A DNA stretch of 32,468 bases from Gemmatimonadaceae bacterium (lineage in GTDB: Bacteria; Gemmatimonadota; Gemmatimonadetes; Gemmatimonadales; Gemmatimonadaceae). Positions 28,146 through 32,468 of the stretch are shown here, one piece after another. The DNA is taken from positions 1-32,468 of the forward strand of contig JBGAJQ010000061.1 in NCBI GenBank assembly GCA_044224875.1. The letters run 5' to 3'. Position 1 is the stretch's first letter, and every line of letters begins with the position of its first letter. The notes beneath the pieces are model-generated. The model did not search any database, was not told the origin of the DNA, and saw nothing but the letters and a program-made list of their open reading frames with translations. The translations under genes were made by a program, and so were the position numbers.

Positions 28146-29234
28146 TCAGGGGCCGAACGGAAGTTCGAGCACGTCTTCGTCGCGGTGTGGCCTTGGCCGT
28201 CGTGGGGTGACACCTCGTTCCGGGAGGCGCAATTCGATGTTCATCGTGTCGGGGGCGAGGGCTCGGAGGCGTGCGGCGGAGGGCAGCCGAAGCGATGTGT
28301 CGGTCGGCGTTCCGACGATGCGGATCGTGAGGACGGCATCGGCGGGCACGGACTGTATCAGGGCGGCGACCTGCCGCTCGGCGTCGGCCTCGGCAAGGCT
28401 TTCCAGCTGCAACTCCCGGAAAACCAGTGGCCGGGCTGGCAGTGGAACGAATTCCCAGCCGACCTGCGTATCCGAATCGCCCAGTGTGAGCTCCACGACC
28501 ATGTAGCCTTTGGTTTCGTCAGCTTCGGCGATCGAGGTGCGCTCGATGGACCCCGGGTATAGCACCGGCGCCGCCAGCGGGCGGCCTCGCAGCCCAGTGG
28601 TCAGCACCTGATGTCGATGGATGTGACCCGAGAGGACGGCACTCAATCCCGCCGGAAGATCGCGTCCCCGGATTACGTCCGCGGCCGTCGTGAACGTGAA
28701 GTCGGCAGGACCAACTTTCGCGCCCTCCACGCACTGGTGCGTGCAGAGGACAGTCGCCTGCGCGGCCGTATCGCGCCAACCCGTTTCCTCCAGCAACTCG
28801 GGGAATTTGGCTCGGACGTCATCGCGCTCGCTCGGAAAGCCGGCCAACGCCACGCGCACGCCGCGGACTTCAGCAACAAACGTTCGCGGGACGTCGAAGA
28901 TGTGGATACCGGAATGCTTCGCGAATCGCAGATGGGGAAGTCGACCGCGTTCGTGGTTGCCCGGCACGATGTAAACCGGCACGCCGGCGTCGGCCGCTCG
29001 TGTAAGTGGTTCAAAGGCCTGAAAGGCGACCGTGGACGGTGGGCGTGACCGGTTGAAGACATCGCCGCCATGGACGACCAGATCCACTCGGCGCTCCAAC
29101 GCCGGTTGGAGGGCCGCGGCATAGTTTGCCAGGAAGTCGTGGCCACGGCGGCGGCGGCGAACCCGTGGTTGTACCGGCAGGTCAAACCCCAGATGGGTGT
29201 CGGCCAGCAACAGGATTCGCACCACGTCGCGCAT
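28146..29234 (-). CDS. SbcD/Mre11-like metallophosphoesterase (DNA repair exonuclease)
   Basis: Motifs ADTHLG, GGDVF, PGNHE, SGHIH and YPGSIER...E...KGY. Confidence 0.88.
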   Translation of the reverse strand: MRDVVRILLLADTHLGFDLPVQPRVRRRRRGHDFLANYAAALQPALERRVDLVVHGGDVFNRSRPPSTVAFQAFEPLTRAADAGVPVYIVPGNHERGRLPHLRFAKHSGIHIFDVPRTFVAEVRGVRVALAGFPSERDDVRAKFPELLEETGWRDTAAQATVLCTHQCVEGAKVGPADFTFTTAADVIRGRDLPAGLSAVLSGHIHRHQVLTTGLRGRPLAAPVLYPGSIERTSIAEADETKGYMVVELTLGDSDTQVGWEFVPLPARPLVFRELQLESLAEADAERQVAALIQSVPADAVLTIRIVGTPTDTSLRLPSAARLRALAPDTMNIELRLPERGVTPRRPRPHRDEDVLELPFGP

Positions 29235-29441
29235 GGTTGCAAGCTAGCGGGCGTCGCTTCTCCGTCCAGCGGATCCGCGTCATCCAGTGGTGTGTCTGCC
29301 GCCCCACGCCGAGCGAGGTCGACCCGAACGAGGGCGGGTGCTCCACCTCGCGCAACGCTTCCCTTTGTGCCACCTTCGAAGCTCCGACGGATTGCGTGCC
29401 GGTCGCCTTCGAAGACCTAACGCCTACGCGTTCCCGAACTC

Positions 29442-30392
29442 ATGCCCCGACCCATGGCCCGATCGCACGCGAGCACTGATCCGGTCATCCAATGGTTGCT
29501 CGCTGGCGATCCATCGATTCAATGGCAAGTGCATCGCGACCTCCTCGGCGCCGATCGCCGAACGGTGGAGCGTTGCCGCGAGCGCGTCGCGCGGGAAGGT
29601 TGGGGTGCCCGGATGCTCGCATCTCAAGACGCAGAGGGAACGTGGGGGCAAGGGTTCTACAACCCTAAGTGGACGTCGACGCACTACACGCTGTTGTTGC
29701 TCAGAGACCTGGGGCTGCCAGCGACGAACCGTCAGGCACTGGCGGCGTGCCAGCTCCTGCTCGCGAATGGTCTTCGCGCGGACGGTGGCGTGAACTACGG
29801 GAAGGCTACGCGGAGCGAGACGTGTATCTCCGGCATGACCCTCTCGATCGTGTCATACTTCGGGGTCAAGGGTCCGCCTGTGGATGCCATCGCCGACTAC
29901 ATACTCGCGCAACAGCTGCCAGACGGCGGTTGGAACTGTCGGTGGCCCGATCGCGCCACGCACTCGTCCATGCATACGACCATCAGTGCCTTGGAGGGCC
30001 TCCAATGGTACGAGGTCCGCGGCAAGCGTCGTTTGCGAGACTGTCGGGCGGCACGCTCGCGGGCGCACGAGTTCTTGCTCTCGCATCGTCTGTTTCGTTC
30101 GCACCGTACTGGCACCGTGATCGCCACGGCCTTCACGCGATTCGCCTTTCCGCCGAGGTGGCACTACGATGTCCTCCGGGCGCTCGACTACCTCCAGTCG
30201 GTCGACGCGGCGCGCGATCCCCGGCTCGAGGAAGCCATCGACCTGCTGGGAGCCAAGCGAACGAGCGATGGCCGGTGGCCGCTGGAACAGGTGTATGCGG
30301 GCAAGACGTGGTTCGCGCTCGAGTCGCCACGCGCAGCGAGCCGCTGGAACACGCTTCGGGCCCTTCGCGTCCTGAAGTGGTGGACAAGCTGA
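29442..30392 (+). CDS. Prenyltransferase/squalene-cyclase-repeat (alpha/alpha barrel) hypothetical protein
   Basis: QW-like repeats (SQDAEGTW, QQLPDGGWNC, RTSDGRW), plus FPPRWHYDVLRALDY and SRWNTLRALRVL. Confidence 0.75.
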   Translation: MPRPMARSHASTDPVIQWLLAGDPSIQWQVHRDLLGADRRTVERCRERVAREGWGARMLASQDAEGTWGQGFYNPKWTSTHYTLLLLRDLGLPATNRQALAACQLLLANGLRADGGVNYGKATRSETCISGMTLSIVSYFGVKGPPVDAIADYILAQQLPDGGWNCRWPDRATHSSMHTTISALEGLQWYEVRGKRRLRDCRAARSRAHEFLLSHRLFRSHRTGTVIATAFTRFAFPPRWHYDVLRALDYLQSVDAARDPRLEEAIDLLGAKRTSDGRWPLEQVYAGKTWFALESPRAASRWNTLRALRVLKWWTS

Positions 30393-30531
30393 CGGCTGAG
30401 GTGAATGATGCGGCAGGACGCTGGCCGTCTGCCCGCACCGATGAGCTTGAAAGCCGTCAGAAGGGAGTCTGGCCTCGTACGACCGCCACGGCGCCTAACG
30501 TTTGTCTCTTCGAACCTTCACGCGGACTATC

Positions 30532-30963
30532 ATGTCGGAGATCCTGCAAGACCTCCCCATCAATGCGCCGATCGGTCGCGTCTTCGATGCCGTGAGCACA
30601 CCGGCGGGCCTCAACGAGTGGTGGACGCTGGGATGCAAGGGCGACGTGCGCGAAGGCGCTCTCTACGAACTCGACTTCGGGCCGGACTACGCGTGGCAAG
30701 CCCGGGTGACCCACTGCGCTTCACCGAAGCTGTTCGAGCTGGAGATGACGCGCTCCGATGAAGACTGGAAGGGTTCGCGTGTCAACTTCCAGTTGGAGGC
30801 GCGAGGTGATGCGACGTGGCTTCGGTTCGCACACACCGGATGGACCTCCCCGAACGAGCACTACCGGATCTCGACGCACTGCTGGGCGATGTACCTGCGC
30901 GTGCTACGCCGGTACCTGGAGCACGGAGAAACTGTCCCGTACGACGATCGGCTGTCGGTGTAA
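30532..30963 (+). CDS. SRPBCC/AHSA1-like START-domain protein
   Basis: INAPIGRVFDAVST..GLNEWW, TWLRFAHTGW and W..YL..LRRYLE.G. Confidence 0.88.
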   Translation: MSEILQDLPINAPIGRVFDAVSTPAGLNEWWTLGCKGDVREGALYELDFGPDYAWQARVTHCASPKLFELEMTRSDEDWKGSRVNFQLEARGDATWLRFAHTGWTSPNEHYRISTHCWAMYLRVLRRYLEHGETVPYDDRLSV

Positions 30964-30983
30964 ACCCGATCGCCGTGGCAACC

Positions 30984-31859
30984 CTAGGGTGCCGCTGCCC
31001 GCGCGGTGCCGCGCGAGCTGGCGGCGGTGATTGTGTAGGCCTTCTGGTACTCGCCAGGTGTCACGCCAATCGTTCGTAGGAAGTGGCGTGTCAGGTGCGC
31101 CTGATCGGCGAATCCGACCTCCAGCGCGGTGAGCGATATGGGTGCCCCGGCGGCCAGACGACGCTGCGCTTCGAGCAGGCGTCGATTCAATGAATAGGCG
31201 TAGGGTGAGACTCCGTAGACGCGCGAGAACTCATGAAGGAAGCGGAACCGTCCCAACCCGGAGAGCGCCACCATCTCTGGAACGGTCATGCGCCGCGTGG
31301 TGGCTGAATCGAGCGCAAGCCGAACGCGGGTGAGTCCCGATTCCACCTCTCGCGACCCTGTACCTGTCGGCTGGTGCTTCTGTTCTACAACCGCCGCCAT
31401 GAGCGAACGAATGACCTCCTCGAACCTTCGCTCAGCCAAGATTCCGCTCACAAGGTCGCGGTGGGCCCGCCAGGCGCGCCCGTAGAGACGATCATTGTGC
31501 ACGATGGCTGCGTCGGTGGGTGGTGCTGCCCCGAGTGCCGCGCAACTGGACACCCACTGAGCCGGTGTGAGGTAGATCGCACGATATCCCCACGCGCCGT
31601 CCCCATCACCAGCGGCTTCATGGACCGTGCCCGGAGCAATGAACAGCACATCGCCGTCCCCGATCTCTGCGTCTATGCCGCCGCCAATGAACCGGATGTG
31701 ACCAGCTTCAACTAGTCCGATCACCCCCTGATCTTGCACGTGTCGCGGGAAGACATGTTGGCGGTACTCGGCCGCCAACAACTCCACACCGCCAAGCAGG
31801 GGCGTGTGTAGGTATTCGCGGCGATCCCGGAGGACTGGAGACGACGTATTGGCAGGCAT
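30984..31859 (-). CDS. AraC-family transcriptional regulator
   Basis: N-terminal FPRH and IAPGTVH, then GVSPYAY and ALEVGFADQAHLTRHF...GVTPGEY. Confidence 0.92.
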   Translation of the reverse strand: MPANTSSPVLRDRREYLHTPLLGGVELLAAEYRQHVFPRHVQDQGVIGLVEAGHIRFIGGGIDAEIGDGDVLFIAPGTVHEAAGDGDGAWGYRAIYLTPAQWVSSCAALGAAPPTDAAIVHNDRLYGRAWRAHRDLVSGILAERRFEEVIRSLMAAVVEQKHQPTGTGSREVESGLTRVRLALDSATTRRMTVPEMVALSGLGRFRFLHEFSRVYGVSPYAYSLNRRLLEAQRRLAAGAPISLTALEVGFADQAHLTRHFLRTIGVTPGEYQKAYTITAASSRGTARAAAP

Positions 31860-31987
31860 GAAGCGATCGATGAAGTGATGCTTCTTTGATACGTCGTCTG
31901 GCGTGCCTCGGTGTCGGGTGCGGGGTGAGAGGCTCTCCGCGTGTGGCAGGCCGTTCGGCTGCCAGTGACGAGAGCCAGTACGTTAGG

Positions 31988-32468
31988 CTATGAGAGGGCG
32001 TTCAGGAGCCGGTCGACGTCGTCCATGTCATTGTAGACGGACGGCGCGATTCGCACCCAGGTTGGCGCCACACGAATCGTCACCCGGGCGCGCGCCAGGC
32101 GCTCGGCTACCTGCGTGGTATCCCGGTGCGCAAAGGTCACGATCGGTGACGTACTGTGAAGCGGAGTCTGGGGAGTGAACCCGAGTCTAGGCATCTCCTG
32201 TTGCAGCTTCTGTAGCATGGGCTGCCGGTAGCGCTCGATGTTCGCGACGCCCAGCGACTGGATGTAAGGAATCGACACGGCAAGGGCGACCGACGCACCG
32301 ATCGCGTACGTGCCGAGTTGCACGTAGTGCGCGGCTTGGGCCCCCGGCGTCCAGGTGATGGGCTTGGGGTACTCGGCGTCGAACGGCGACAGGTGCAACT
32401 CCGTATCCGGGGCCGATTCGTAGCTCCAGTGTGTGCGACGGACTAGGCGTGCGAGCAATTCCTCGCGG
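31988..32468 (-). CDS. Class V PLP aminotransferase (cysteine desulfurase/selenocysteine lyase-like), C-terminal part only
   Basis: The frame is open to the window edge. SPIVTF and VRIAPSVYNDMDDVDRLLNAL are typical of the class V C-terminus. Confidence 0.8.
   Translation of the reverse strand, partial: REELLARLVRRTHWSYESAPDTELHLSPFDAEYPKPITWTPGAQAAHYVQLGTYAIGASVALAVSIPYIQSLGVANIERYRQPMLQKLQQEMPRLGFTPQTPLHSTSPIVTFAHRDTTQVAERLARARVTIRVAPTWVRIAPSVYNDMDDVDRLLNALS

Larger units (their letters stand above)
2330..31988. repeat. Dispersed octamer CGTTAGGC/GCCTAACG, 17 exact copies
   Basis: Plus strand: 2330, 2774, 3937, 5450, 8265, 8847, 9549, 11147, 11608, 18113, 19005, 19559, 26272, 31981. Minus strand: 14881, 25622, 30493. 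Confidence 0.9.

Noticed and set aside
29669..30595. 308-aa alternative-frame ORF
   Set aside because: It overlaps two well-supported genes on the same strand and has Arg/Ala-rich shadow composition.
2330..31988. Integron cassette array, suggested by GTTAGGC/GCCTAAC matching att core sites
   Set aside because: I found no RYYYAAC...GTTRRRY pairs enclosing 55-140-nt hairpins and no integrase. Most copies lie inside housekeeping CDSs.
1..32468. CRISPR array, tRNA/rRNA, IS or prophage genes
   Set aside because: No regularly spaced repeats, cloverleaf structures, or transposase, integrase or phage motifs were seen.

Overview
This is a GC-rich (roughly two-thirds G+C by eye) bacterial chromosomal segment with about 33 CDSs. 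A Gemmatimonadota-like origin is a tentative inference. It holds a complete sufR-sufBCDSU-Rieske Fe-S assembly operon with a detached SufT. It also holds a PaoABC/YagTSR-type molybdo-flavoenzyme whose FAD subunit is separated from the other two subunits. Other genes are RNase D, YhbY, envelope enzymes (GHL10, M23, two serine hydrolases), an orphan SbcD-like nuclease and several regulators. I saw no rRNA, tRNA, CRISPR array, integrase or transposase. The most unusual signals are: (1) the non-palindromic octamer CGTTAGGC, which occurs 17 times exactly (about 1 expected), in many reading frames, with a 14:3 strand skew and overlap with several stop codons; (2) an uncharacterised three-gene module (large beta-rich protein, DUF1360 CxxC membrane protein, small MCNCG protein); (3) a near-palindromic 22-bp element that appears to contain two interlocked leaderless promoters and both start codons. 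All counts and motif calls were made by eye.
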